Source: a virus. Taken from it: a stretch of 64,000 bases of DNA. The notes beneath the pieces are model-generated. The model had not been told where the DNA came from. It saw only the letters and a list, made by a program, of their open reading frames with translations, and made no database searches. The stretch lies in IMG/VR virus record IMGVR_UViG_3300045988_143356; one strand, given 5' to 3'. The position numbers and the translations under genes are program-made. The stretch's first letter is position 1. Each line of letters starts with the position of its first letter. Of this stretch, positions 46,102 to 53,970 are shown one piece after another.

Positions 46102-46357
46102 TGTTCTTCTCCACGATTAAAGGATTGTAAAGCATTGATCCAACATAGTCCTGGTCTTCAAAAGATTCGATGCAGAACTGAACCATAGAGTAACCCATCA
46201 GAGCAAGGAACCTGTATATGGTGTCCTTGCTCGGAGGTGTGGAACCACGCTCTATCTTCCACAGCGTGCTTTTGGACACGCCGAGACGAGCGGCGAATGT
46301 CCGGAGGCTCTCGTTGCACTCCAGACGCGCTTTCTTGAATACTTTGCCTGGATTCAT
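46088..46357 (-). CDS. XRE-family helix-turn-helix regulator
   Basis: 89 aa. LRTFAARLGVSKSTLWKIERGSTPPS is a classic Cro/CI-type HTH. Confidence 0.7.
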   Translation of the reverse strand: MNPGKVFKKARLECNESLRTFAARLGVSKSTLWKIERGSTPPSKDTIYRFLALMGYSMVQFCIESFEDQDYVGSMLYNPLIVEKNNAEG

Positions 46358-46629
46358 CAGAACTTATTAATTTGGTTGATTATCTGCACCACGGTATTGA
46401 CACGTTCCTTAGCAATCTTCTTTGTCAAGCCGTTGGCGTCAGCGCGCTCGGCCCGTTTGATAAGAGCGTTGGATAATTCAAGAAGACCTTGGAGTATCGC
46501 TCCCTTCGCAAGATAGATGTCTTTGCCCTTACTTTCTTTTTCGCAGAGCGTGGCGGTGATTGTGCCGTCCTCGGCGAATGTCACGGCAATCTTTGCCGGT
46601 TTCTTACAGTCCAGTGCTTCCATATCCAC
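46357..46629 (-). CDS. Hypothetical protein (90 aa) immediately upstream of the HTH regulator
   Basis: Its stop overlaps the start of the HTH gene. Confidence 0.5.
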   Translation of the reverse strand: MDMEALDCKKPAKIAVTFAEDGTITATLCEKESKGKDIYLAKGAILQGLLELSNALIKRAERADANGLTKKIAKERVNTVVQIINQINKF

Positions 46630-47035
46630 CTGTTCCCCTTTTTGTTTCCGACAACTCCTCGACTTCGATGAGTTCCACTTCCGGAAGCTTCATGAACACC
46701 ATCTGTGCGATTCTGTCACCTACTGAATAGACGTTATCCTTGGAAGTATCAGTGACGTTGAACACAGCCGTTACCTCTCCGCGATAGTCTGAATCGATGA
46801 CTCCCACACAGTTCGACAGCGACAAGTCCTTCTTGCACACTGACGAACGCGGGAATATCAATCCCGTATAACCCACCGGAATCTCGAAAGCGAGTCCGAA
46901 GAAGTACTTGACTTGATTCCTTTCCTTGTCCCAGAACGCGGATATGGCCGTCAAGTCGTAACCGGCAGAGTTATCCGTCCCCTTTCTTGGCATCACCGCT
47001 TCGGGTGACAGTCTTTTGATTTTTACATTTATCAT
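46604..47035 (-). CDS. dut: dUTP diphosphatase (trimeric dUTPase)
   Basis: All motifs are present: AGYDL, PRSS, GVIDSDYRGE, DRIAQM, RGTGGYGSTG. Confidence 0.9.
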   Translation of the reverse strand: MINVKIKRLSPEAVMPRKGTDNSAGYDLTAISAFWDKERNQVKYFFGLAFEIPVGYTGLIFPRSSVCKKDLSLSNCVGVIDSDYRGEVTAVFNVTDTSKDNVYSVGDRIAQMVFMKLPEVELIEVEELSETKRGTGGYGSTGL

Positions 47036-47191
47036 TTATAATACTGTTTTAATGCGCTCTTGCGCTATGGAAAAATAGTCTCTATCCAATTCGATTCCCA
47101 TGAAATCATATCCCAACTTCTTGCAGGCTATTCCAGTTGTCCCAGCACCGTCCAACTCGTGGACGCCAACGAAAGCGTCTTTGTCAAGTAT
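47036..47191 (-). pseudogene. Orphan C-terminal fragment of an N6/N4 DNA methyltransferase (SAM-binding motif I only)
   Basis: Hand translation: ILDKDAFVGVHELDGAGTTGIACKKLGYDFMGIELDRDYFSIAQERIKTVL*. No start codon. The frame is closed upstream by a stop at 47303-47305. I found no DPPY-coding sequence upstream. Confidence 0.55.
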
Positions 47192-47420
47192 CGTCTCTTT
47201 TCTTTTTATTGTATTCCCTGTAATATTCCAAAACTTTCTTTCTGTACTCCGGATCCCCCCGCATCTTTTGGGCGTGCCGGACCTGACCCGCTTCGGTGTA
47301 CTTCATACTGTTCTCCTTGCGGCAGTACTTGCAGTAAGAGTCAAGACCGTCCCTCCGTGTCTTGTTGCGGTAGAACTCCGACTCCGGAAGCTCCTCACCG
47401 CAATGGCTGCATCGCTTCAC
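47184..47420 (-). CDS. Zn-ribbon protein (GTG start)
   Basis: 78 aa. CSHCGEELPESEFYRNKTRRDGLDSYCKYC. Confidence 0.45.
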   Translation of the reverse strand: MKRCSHCGEELPESEFYRNKTRRDGLDSYCKYCRKENSMKYTEAGQVRHAQKMRGDPEYRKKVLEYYREYNKKKRDDT

Positions 47421-48069
47421 GTGACACCTCCTCCGCTGTCATATATCCGGCGAAGGCGCCGTTATTCACGAACGTCTCCAGATCATACCATATAGGCTCC
47501 CATCCGAAATCGGCCTTTCTCAGAAAGTTTTTCCGGTCCGGAACCGGGACAAGCCTGCGCTGCCATGTCCGGAACATTGTTTTGCCGTTCACGACTATAT
47601 GCTCCGTGTCGTCGAAGCAGCTTGCGAACGTCTCCCAAGGGAGGAGATCGTCAAGATCATTCACGGTGAAGTAGGTCTTTATCTGTGGAACCTTCCTTTC
47701 AAAAAGATATCTTCCCGTGTGGGCGTCATAATTGATGTTCGCGTATGTCAGCAGCTCATCAAAAGATCTGACACCCTGCGCCTGAATAAATTTGAACAGC
47801 GTATCAAAAGGGTTGAACTTGTCTTCCCGAGTCATCCGGTCTATCCGGTAGCCGAACGGGAGGAAGTGCAGATGCTCGTATATCTCCCTGCGAATGTCCT
47901 CCGCTGTGAACCTTCTTCTTTCCGGGGATAGCTTGTTGTAGTAGTGTTGCGGAATGTCGTATGCAAGACTTGCGACATAAGTCTTACTTCCTATCGCGTA
48001 TCGGTAGGAAGTCCACATCAGCATCTCCTCGAACAAGGAGCATTTCTCTTCTTTCTTTTTCTTTTTCAT
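47395..48069 (-). CDS. Hypothetical protein
   Basis: ORF 47395..48147 trimmed to ATG 48069 (MKKKKKEEK...). Confidence 0.55.
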   Translation of the reverse strand: MKKKKKEEKCSLFEEMLMWTSYRYAIGSKTYVASLAYDIPQHYYNKLSPERRRFTAEDIRREIYEHLHFLPFGYRIDRMTREDKFNPFDTLFKFIQAQGVRSFDELLTYANINYDAHTGRYLFERKVPQIKTYFTVNDLDDLLPWETFASCFDDTEHIVVNGKTMFRTWQRRLVPVPDRKNFLRKADFGWEPIWYDLETFVNNGAFAGYMTAEEVSREAMQPLR

Positions 48070-48179
48070 ACTCTGAAAATTTATGGGAAGGCCGCCCCTT
48101 CCCGGATATATATTGAATGGCTTGGCTTTAAAACACCCCGGCGGCAAGAGTGTAGCCGTTTTACCTACAAGAAACGTGC

Positions 48180-48353
48180 CTATTTGCGTATTTCTGTAAA
48201 TAATGCGTCCACGAACTTGGTGTTATCCGTGAAAAATGAAAGTCCTATTCTCGCGAAGGTACCGTTCTTTGTAGTGGACATCGATATCATCGTAACTTCT
48301 AACTGTTTGCTTCTGATGACTGTGCCGTCATCCATTTTTAATGTAAGTTCCAT
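48180..48353 (-). CDS. Small hypothetical protein (57 aa, below the track cutoff)
   Basis: Hand-translated: MELTLKMDDGTVIRSKQLEVTMISMSTTKNGTFARIGLSFFTDNTKFVDALFTEIRK*. Confidence 0.4.
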   Translation of the reverse strand: MELTLKMDDGTVIRSKQLEVTMISMSTTKNGTFARIGLSFFTDNTKFVDALFTEIRK

Positions 48354-48481
48354 ATCCTATGTTTTAAGCACGCCACAGAGTCCTCTTTCAGCGCAAATTG
48401 CCACCGACGGCAATAGATGTCCCCTGATATTTGTGTGAAGTACACGCAGGAGTTGCAGAAAAGTTTCTGTTTGGTCAGCAT
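48338..48481 (-). CDS. Small Cys-containing hypothetical protein (47 aa)
   Basis: Hand-translated: MLTKQKLFCNSCVYFTQISGDIYCRRWQFALKEDSVACLKHRIWNLH*. Starts 3 nt after the upstream stop. Confidence 0.3.
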   Translation of the reverse strand: MLTKQKLFCNSCVYFTQISGDIYCRRWQFALKEDSVACLKHRIWNLH

Positions 48482-48484
48482 AGC

Positions 48485-48784
48485 CTATTCCATCGTGTTG
48501 ATAGCCTCGTTGAGAAAGGAAGCGAAAGTATTGACGAAAGACTCGTCATCATATAGGTCATCCTTTCGCATCGTGTTCAGTATGGCGTGGACAAGCTCGT
48601 GAAGGAAAGTCTGCTGCTGAAATGACTGCGGCACGTCACGGTTCCCGCATGTCTGGGCTATTTGTATAACCTTCCGGACGGGATCGTATTGCCCAAAATC
48701 TTGTTCATACCTTACCGCCTGCTGAATCTCGACAACGTGCTCCACGCCGCCGAGTGTGAATGCTTTTGGTATATTGAAATCCAT
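48485..48784 (-). CDS. HExxH metallopeptidase-like protein (ImmA/IrrE-like candidate)
   Basis: ORF trimmed to ATG 48784. QQTFLHELVHAILN motif. Confidence 0.5.
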   Translation of the reverse strand: MDFNIPKAFTLGGVEHVVEIQQAVRYEQDFGQYDPVRKVIQIAQTCGNRDVPQSFQQQTFLHELVHAILNTMRKDDLYDDESFVNTFASFLNEAINTME

Positions 48785-48786
48785 AC

Positions 48787-48954
48787 TCAAATTGTTTTAT
48801 TCATCGCCTCGCTCACCGAATATCCCTTCTCGATGAGCCTTTTGATTTTCCTGCGTTCCTCCCTCGTGAAGAACATTCCGGCTTCACCGAATGTTACCGG
48901 ATTACCATTGCCGTCATATTTGAACGGAATTCGCTTGAACTCTTCGTTTGTCAT
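48787..48954 (-). CDS. Small hypothetical protein (55 aa)
   Basis: Hand-translated: MTNEEFKRIPFKYDGNGNPVTFGEAGMFFTREERRKIKRLIEKGYSVSEAMNKTI*. Fills the gap between the HTH and HExxH genes. Confidence 0.4.
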   Translation of the reverse strand: MTNEEFKRIPFKYDGNGNPVTFGEAGMFFTREERRKIKRLIEKGYSVSEAMNKTI

Positions 48955-48955
48955 G

Positions 48956-49111
48956 TTATTCCTTGTTTAATTCGTCAACGGAGTGCCAGGTTATCCAGAC
49001 AATGGCCGGGACACCGAACAGCGTTTCAAGTTTCTTGGCGATTTTCGTACTGACCTTGCCCTTCCCTTTGATTATGTCGTTCAGCCAAGGAGGGGCAACG
49101 CCGACTGTCAT
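48956..49111 (-). CDS. Small HigA/XRE-like HTH protein
   Basis: ORF trimmed to ATG 49111. MTVGVAPPWLNDIIKGKGKVSTKIAKKLETLFGVPAIVW resembles antidote-type HTH. Confidence 0.5.
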   Translation of the reverse strand: MTVGVAPPWLNDIIKGKGKVSTKIAKKLETLFGVPAIVWITWHSVDELNKE

Positions 49112-49239
49112 TGCCCGTCCTCCTCGTCCAGGTCGCACTCGACCTCGACATCATCGTTGCCGTAATAGACGACGCCCTTCAGATGCTTGCAGCCCACACA
49201 GTTGTACGGACACTCGCACGGAGCGTCAAGCGGTATCAT
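49108..49239 (-). CDS. Cys-rich mini-protein (43 aa)
   Basis: Hand-translated: MIPLDAPCECPYNCVGCKHLKGVVYYGNDDVEVECDLDEEDGQ*. ATGA overlap with the HTH gene. Confidence 0.35.
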   Translation of the reverse strand: MIPLDAPCECPYNCVGCKHLKGVVYYGNDDVEVECDLDEEDGQ

Positions 49240-49244
49240 TTCCG

Positions 49245-49466
49245 CTAACTTTGTCCTTCGCATAATTTATCTACCTTTTGTTTGAACTTCTTGACCTCCT
49301 CGACGTATTTCCCCTCGATTTCCAGAGCATATTCTGGGATTGCCTCATAATGCCACCACCGCTTGCGCTTCCCGAAGTACTTGACAATATAGACACGCTG
49401 TCCATCGTCCACGACGGTGGCCACATAATGATACAAAAGGCCGTAATAGTGATACTGAGGTGCCAT
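49245..49466 (-). CDS. Hypothetical protein
   Basis: 73 aa ORF, tightly packed. Confidence 0.5.
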   Translation of the reverse strand: MAPQYHYYGLLYHYVATVVDDGQRVYIVKYFGKRKRWWHYEAIPEYALEIEGKYVEEVKKFKQKVDKLCEGQS

Positions 49467-49467
49467 T

Positions 49468-49764
49468 CTACTCGAATACAGAGTTGATGAACCTGTCCGC
49501 CATCTGCTCTATCTCCTCATCCGTTGGCTTCGGGAATTCAATGTCTTCTTTCATGAATTTATTAAACATCCCGAACATACCGTCAGGCACACTCACGCTC
49601 TTGATTCCGGACACGAGAGCTTCTTTTAGCATTCCGTTATCTCTGAAATGTCTCAGCAGTTCTGTCAGGCTTGTTATGATGCACCTGTCGCAGAACGGAC
49701 TTTTCTTTGCCTCGCAGACTTTAAACGCAATCGAAAAGAGGGCTTTTTGTAATTTCTCTTCCAT
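49468..49764 (-). CDS. Hypothetical protein
   Basis: 98 aa ORF, 1-nt gap to its neighbour. Confidence 0.55.
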   Translation of the reverse strand: MEEKLQKALFSIAFKVCEAKKSPFCDRCIITSLTELLRHFRDNGMLKEALVSGIKSVSVPDGMFGMFNKFMKEDIEFPKPTDEEIEQMADRFINSVFE

Positions 49765-49770
49765 AATATT

Positions 49771-50190
49771 TTAGATTTTAAGGTTGTCCGCCAATTCAGA
49801 TAAACCACATAACCGCAACGCGTGCTGCAACTCGTGGACGTACTTGATAGGACATGAAATGTTATACATATTGTTGCTTATCTCCACGTTGCGACATTCC
49901 CCGTTGTATCTATAATTGACAAGCACATATAGATTCTCAGAATTATCTATGTGCAGAATCAATCCAGAGCCTATCGTATCCTGCGTGAATCCGTTATTAG
50001 TTAGAATATCAGTAGTGAGCGGTATTGGTTTGATATATTCACTCTTAAATGAATATTCTATAGACTTCAGCGGCGACATTATAATAATAAAATCTTCTCC
50101 GTTATTATATGCAGCTTTTATTGTTGTAACCTTAACCGAACCACCAAAACAATCAACCCAGTCTCCCAATTGTAAATCAGAAACTTTCAT
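49771..50190 (-). CDS. Hypothetical protein
   Basis: 139 aa ORF, low GC. Confidence 0.55.
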   Translation of the reverse strand: MKVSDLQLGDWVDCFGGSVKVTTIKAAYNNGEDFIIIMSPLKSIEYSFKSEYIKPIPLTTDILTNNGFTQDTIGSGLILHIDNSENLYVLVNYRYNGECRNVEISNNMYNISCPIKYVHELQHALRLCGLSELADNLKI

Positions 50191-50191
50191 A

Positions 50192-50572
50192 TTATTCCTT
50201 CCAAGTTATTTTACAAGTGGCCACAACATTTAATTTATCAGCTACTGCCAATTTAGCAGTTTTCTCGTCCTTGTGAGGATGGTTTGTTGCTATAAAGATT
50301 TCTCCGCTTGAGCTTATTGCCAGATTAATCCAACCCTCATGTTTTTCGGTAGCAAAGAATAAATCCATACATGAATCTGTATCCACATACCGTCTCCCAT
50401 TAGGAAGACATGAAAAACAATTTTCAATTCCATCACTCGCGAAGCAAAGAGCAAGAATTGGACGATCTCCTCCCTGTCTGTCAGTACAAATAATTCTTGC
50501 GTCCCTACCGTCTCTTGTAATGACTTTTCTCTTTGGGTTTTTGAGGTATTCCTCCAAGTTGAATTGCATCAT
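50192..50572 (-). CDS. Hypothetical protein, tandem paralogue B
   Basis: MMQFNLEEYLKNPKRKVITRDGRDARIICTD...DLFFA..K.EGW.NL...ATCKI.W.E is shared with the upstream neighbour. Confidence 0.6.
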   Translation of the reverse strand: MMQFNLEEYLKNPKRKVITRDGRDARIICTDRQGGDRPILALCFASDGIENCFSCLPNGRRYVDTDSCMDLFFATEKHEGWINLAISSSGEIFIATNHPHKDEKTAKLAVADKLNVVATCKITWKE

Positions 50573-50574
50573 GA

Positions 50575-50955
50575 TTATTCCTCCCATTCGATTTTGCAGG
50601 TCGCAACATAGTCTTTTATATACTTAGATTCCATCTTTGCATCCTTTTCAGATCCGATAGGATAAACAGTACCGATAGCTACTCTACCATCTTCGTTTTT
50701 GTACAGATTCAGCCAACCCTCTTTCTTTTGTGGAGCGAAGAAAAGATCGCTATCTGTGTCTCCTTCTGTGTAAAGTTTCCCATCAGCCGTATAAGAATTC
50801 CAACTTTCATGAGTAGGATCCTTCTTATAAACCGCAAGAACCGGGTAAATGGCTCCCATAACATCGGCACAGACAATTCTCACACTCCTGCCGTCACGAG
50901 TAATAACTTTACGGTTTGGATTCTTTTGATATTCTTCTACAGTAAACTGTTTCAT
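50575..50955 (-). CDS. Hypothetical protein, tandem paralogue A
   Basis: MKQFTVEEYQKNPNRKVITRDGRSVRIVCAD...; clear similarity to 50192..50572. Confidence 0.6.
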   Translation of the reverse strand: MKQFTVEEYQKNPNRKVITRDGRSVRIVCADVMGAIYPVLAVYKKDPTHESWNSYTADGKLYTEGDTDSDLFFAPQKKEGWLNLYKNEDGRVAIGTVYPIGSEKDAKMESKYIKDYVATCKIEWEE

Positions 50956-51017
50956 ATTATCTATTTTTTTTAATTTTTCAAATCTACGATCGCTCTGTTA
51001 ACATGTCAAATCCTATT

Positions 51018-51641
51018 TTAGTCTGCTGATGAGGCCCAGGACCCGAGGGATGGATAAACCAATTCCCATCCCGCCTCCTTAATGGCGTTGACAGATTTGA
51101 TGTCCAGCTTGTATCCTTCCCAGTTGTAGCAGTCACCGATTCCTCCATAGCAGGTGGACACCTTCTTGATGAGTCCGGCGTCAACCAGAGTCTGAATCTT
51201 CTCCGGCGTGTTCCTGTAGAGACTCTTCCTGTCCTTGGGGTCGTCTGCCTCAATATAGAGGAACTCCAGTACATCGTAGTAATATTTGCCGAACACCTGG
51301 ATTTTCCTTTCCCACGCCTTCTTCTGTATCTCCAGCCACTCCTCAGTATCGGGATTCTCCTCCGGGGTGAGATAGACTTTCCTAAGAGCTAATCCCAGAC
51401 TCTTCACAACACCCTTGGCGGATTTGCTGGTGGCCTTGGTGACGTCAAAGAGCTTAGGATTATCTTCGATATACTGCATCAGCGCCGTCTTCTTGATTCC
51501 CAGTTCACTGGCTGTCTCGGTAACGAGGGCGAAGGTCGAGCAGTTGACCTTCTGGATCAACGACACAATCCGGTGGACTTCAGAGATCTGGAGTTCCGAT
51601 GGTTTCCCTTTTCTAATACTTTCTTTTAGTTTATCGTTCAT
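51018..51641 (-). CDS. Hypothetical protein, possible DNA-binding N-terminus
   Basis: 207 aa. ASELGIKKTALMQYIEDN looks HTH-like. Confidence 0.5.
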   Translation of the reverse strand: MNDKLKESIRKGKPSELQISEVHRIVSLIQKVNCSTFALVTETASELGIKKTALMQYIEDNPKLFDVTKATSKSAKGVVKSLGLALRKVYLTPEENPDTEEWLEIQKKAWERKIQVFGKYYYDVLEFLYIEADDPKDRKSLYRNTPEKIQTLVDAGLIKKVSTCYGGIGDCYNWEGYKLDIKSVNAIKEAGWELVYPSLGSWASSAD

Positions 51642-51661
51642 AATGATTTTTATTTCTTATT

Positions 51662-51988
51662 TTATTGCTGCACTTTGAATTGTTCGTATCCTTCGAGAAA
51701 TAGTGCACGGGCTACATCTTTTTTCCATTCCTCAAAATTTCCATATTTTTCTCCGTTACTCGAATAGTGATACCTGTATTTTGATCCACAACCAGGACAT
51801 TCAAAACACAGAAAATACCCATTTTCAGTAACACAATATCCCACAATACCTTCTCGATATGCTGATCGATGTGTAAAATGGTAGTTACAGTTATCACATG
51901 CACATGACTTATTGTACCTATATTCCTCGTAGTTGAGGATTTCCGGTAAATTCCATTCTCCTTTACCAAATTCGTGTCTGAAAATCAT
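51662..51988 (-). CDS. Zn-ribbon protein
   Basis: 108 aa. CACDNCNYHF...CFECPGCGSKY. Confidence 0.55.
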   Translation of the reverse strand: MIFRHEFGKGEWNLPEILNYEEYRYNKSCACDNCNYHFTHRSAYREGIVGYCVTENGYFLCFECPGCGSKYRYHYSSNGEKYGNFEEWKKDVARALFLEGYEQFKVQQ

Positions 51989-52221
51989 CTTCTTGAGCTA
52001 AATTGGTTCTTCATTGCTTTTCTGAATCTAATCTCAAAGTCATCAAACCAAGATATTCCTATCTCTTCCTTTTGATGCTTGAACCACTCGACGGCTTTTT
52101 CTATCAATTCGGATTGCATCCACTCTGAACCTGCAATGAACGCTTCTTCTATTTCAGTTGGAACATAATCTTGCGAACCTATATTAGATTCATATTCTTT
52201 TGCTTTTTCTTCGATACTCAT
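51985..52221 (-). CDS. Hypothetical protein
   Basis: 78 aa, 4-nt overlap. Confidence 0.5.
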   Translation of the reverse strand: MSIEEKAKEYESNIGSQDYVPTEIEEAFIAGSEWMQSELIEKAVEWFKHQKEEIGISWFDDFEIRFRKAMKNQFSSRR

Positions 52222-52223
52222 AA

Positions 52224-52415
52224 CTATTTCTTTCTTTTCGGTTTATAATTATCGCATATAGTCTGTCTTGGATTATTGCAAGGCCCGATACCAAACAATT
52301 TGCAAGACTTACAGATTTTCTTCTCTGATTTTCTTAATTGATATGATGGTATCTTCTTGAAATTGAAATCAGTAGGTTCGACCCCAAAAAGTTGAATTGG
52401 TGAATATCTTGACAT
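52224..52415 (-). CDS. Small Cys-rich basic protein
   Basis: 63 aa. KKICKSCKLFGIGPCNNPRQTICDNYKPKRKK. Confidence 0.45.
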   Translation of the reverse strand: MSRYSPIQLFGVEPTDFNFKKIPSYQLRKSEKKICKSCKLFGIGPCNNPRQTICDNYKPKRKK

Positions 52416-52417
52416 AA

Positions 52418-52654
52418 CTATTGTATTGGTTCATCCGTATCACCATCCCATACATTACCATCATTGGTATATATGTTATCATCATCACCGTAATGCCAAC
52501 ATTTTGGACAGTAATGTTTTCCCCCAAGTGTACGCCACGAATTATCGTCTGCTACCTCTTTTGCTCCCTCTGGGTCAGCACACCACGACGAATCATCTGC
52601 CAATGTTTTACAGCAATCGCATTCAATATTGTAAAAATATTCTTTTATTAACAT
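52418..52654 (-). CDS. Zn-ribbon protein
   Basis: 78 aa. ECDCCKTL...HYCPKCWHY. Confidence 0.5.
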   Translation of the reverse strand: MLIKEYFYNIECDCCKTLADDSSWCADPEGAKEVADDNSWRTLGGKHYCPKCWHYGDDDNIYTNDGNVWDGDTDEPIQ

Positions 52655-52656
52655 AA

Positions 52657-52884
52657 CTATTTCTTTTTAAGTTCTTTAATAAGTGCATCTGCAACCTCTA
52701 CTGCTTCCTTTGTGCAATTTTCTGGAGAAAGAGTCTTATATATTCTGTTGGGATTTGAATACCATGCTATAAGCACATCTTTTGCAATTTCATACCTGCG
52801 CTGATCCCAGTCGATTTCCTTTGATTGGGCTTCACGGAAATATCTTGTCGCCGATTCCAAGAACGTTTGTTCAAGATCTGTCAT
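52657..52884 (-). CDS. Hypothetical protein
   Basis: ORF 52657..52953 trimmed to ATG 52884, which abuts the upstream stop. Confidence 0.45.
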   Translation of the reverse strand: MTDLEQTFLESATRYFREAQSKEIDWDQRRYEIAKDVLIAWYSNPNRIYKTLSPENCTKEAVEVADALIKELKKK

Positions 52885-53138
52885 AATCCAAATATTTTTC
52901 TGATTATCAAGTAAATCAACCATAATATAGACGCAACGAGAAAGAGTGGCCAAAGTATAATCATCATCCTAACACCTTGCGTATTTGTGTGCCAAGCTGG
53001 ATCAGGAGGATACTTTTCGAGCAAAAGCGGTTTTATTGAATAACCCCATTTGAGAAGCGTTAACTCCGTCTTTTCCCAAGCCGAAGCGACAATGGCACCT
53101 ATGAATATGTAGCCAAGAATAATTAGTATAATCTTCAT
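52881..53138 (-). CDS. Small membrane protein
   Basis: 85 aa with two hydrophobic segments (IILIILGYIFIGAIVASAW and MMIILWPLFLVASILWLIYLII). Confidence 0.5.
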   Translation of the reverse strand: MKIILIILGYIFIGAIVASAWEKTELTLLKWGYSIKPLLLEKYPPDPAWHTNTQGVRMMIILWPLFLVASILWLIYLIIRKIFGL

Positions 53139-53533
53139 TTTAATTCTTCTTCAAGAACTAATCCACCTTTCAATACATGTTGTTGCATCAATGGAGATAG
53201 TTTTATCATCTGCTCATAAGTAGGTCTTACCCAGTTGTGCAACTTAGCGCCAGAAATAAACTCCAATTTAAGCCATTCCGTATAAGAGATGGTCGTTTTA
53301 TGTAACATTATCGCTGCTTTACAGAAACGGCACCCAATCGTAAATGGGGTTACACCTTTTGCTGTATATTGTGTATAAAAACTCTTGCCGCATTTCTCGC
53401 AGATATAAACATCCACGCCAGTGCCTCTGCCGTCAAATATACGGGCAGTTTCAATGTCTTTAAGCATCTGGTCGTACTTTTTCTTTAATTCTTCCATAGA
53501 ATTATATTTTTTAATAGCTATTCCTCCCACCAT
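53135..53533 (-). CDS. Zn-ribbon protein
   Basis: 132 aa; the alternative start ATG 53497 is possible. CEKCGKSF...CRFCKAA. Confidence 0.5.
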   Translation of the reverse strand: MVGGIAIKKYNSMEELKKKYDQMLKDIETARIFDGRGTGVDVYICEKCGKSFYTQYTAKGVTPFTIGCRFCKAAIMLHKTTISYTEWLKLEFISGAKLHNWVRPTYEQMIKLSPLMQQHVLKGGLVLEEELK

Positions 53534-53970
53534 TTATAGTACTTCGGAGCATCATCGTTTGTGCCTACAAGATGAGCGGTTTTGTCGTTGTAAGGGATTT
53601 GTTGTTTCCACATTCCAGTATGGGAAAATACCGCAGCTACCCACCAAGAAGCATCATAATCTCTTACCAATACCTTATCAAATGGCTTCAACGTCTCAGG
53701 GTCAAAACGCTCCTTCTTTGGCTTGAATGTACTCCAGTCACGGTTGTCCTTTGAGGGAAATAACAAGCATTCATCGCCTAATTCGCTGATTGCCCCATTA
53801 GGGAAGAATGTCTTATTGCAAATTATATTGGCAGTCCCTACATAATTGACAGTCACAAATTTATCGACAACCGAATATAAACTACAAACACCATAAAGTG
53901 GTGTGTACAGCTTCGTCCCTTTCGGGCTGTCTTTCAGAATCTCGCAGAGATTCAGTTCTTTATTTTCCAT
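53518..53970 (-). CDS. Hypothetical protein
   Basis: 150 aa ORF. Confidence 0.55.
   Translation of the reverse strand: MENKELNLCEILKDSPKGTKLYTPLYGVCSLYSVVDKFVTVNYVGTANIICNKTFFPNGAISELGDECLLFPSKDNRDWSTFKPKKERFDPETLKPFDKVLVRDYDASWWVAAVFSHTGMWKQQIPYNDKTAHLVGTNDDAPKYYKWWEE

Noticed and set aside
48083-48101. Hairpin GGGAAGG-CCGCC-CCTTCCC as a terminator between minus-strand genes.
   Set aside because: No U-run follows on the minus strand, and it lies immediately upstream of the MKKKKK start. It may be a minor regulatory hairpin, but I cannot support a call.
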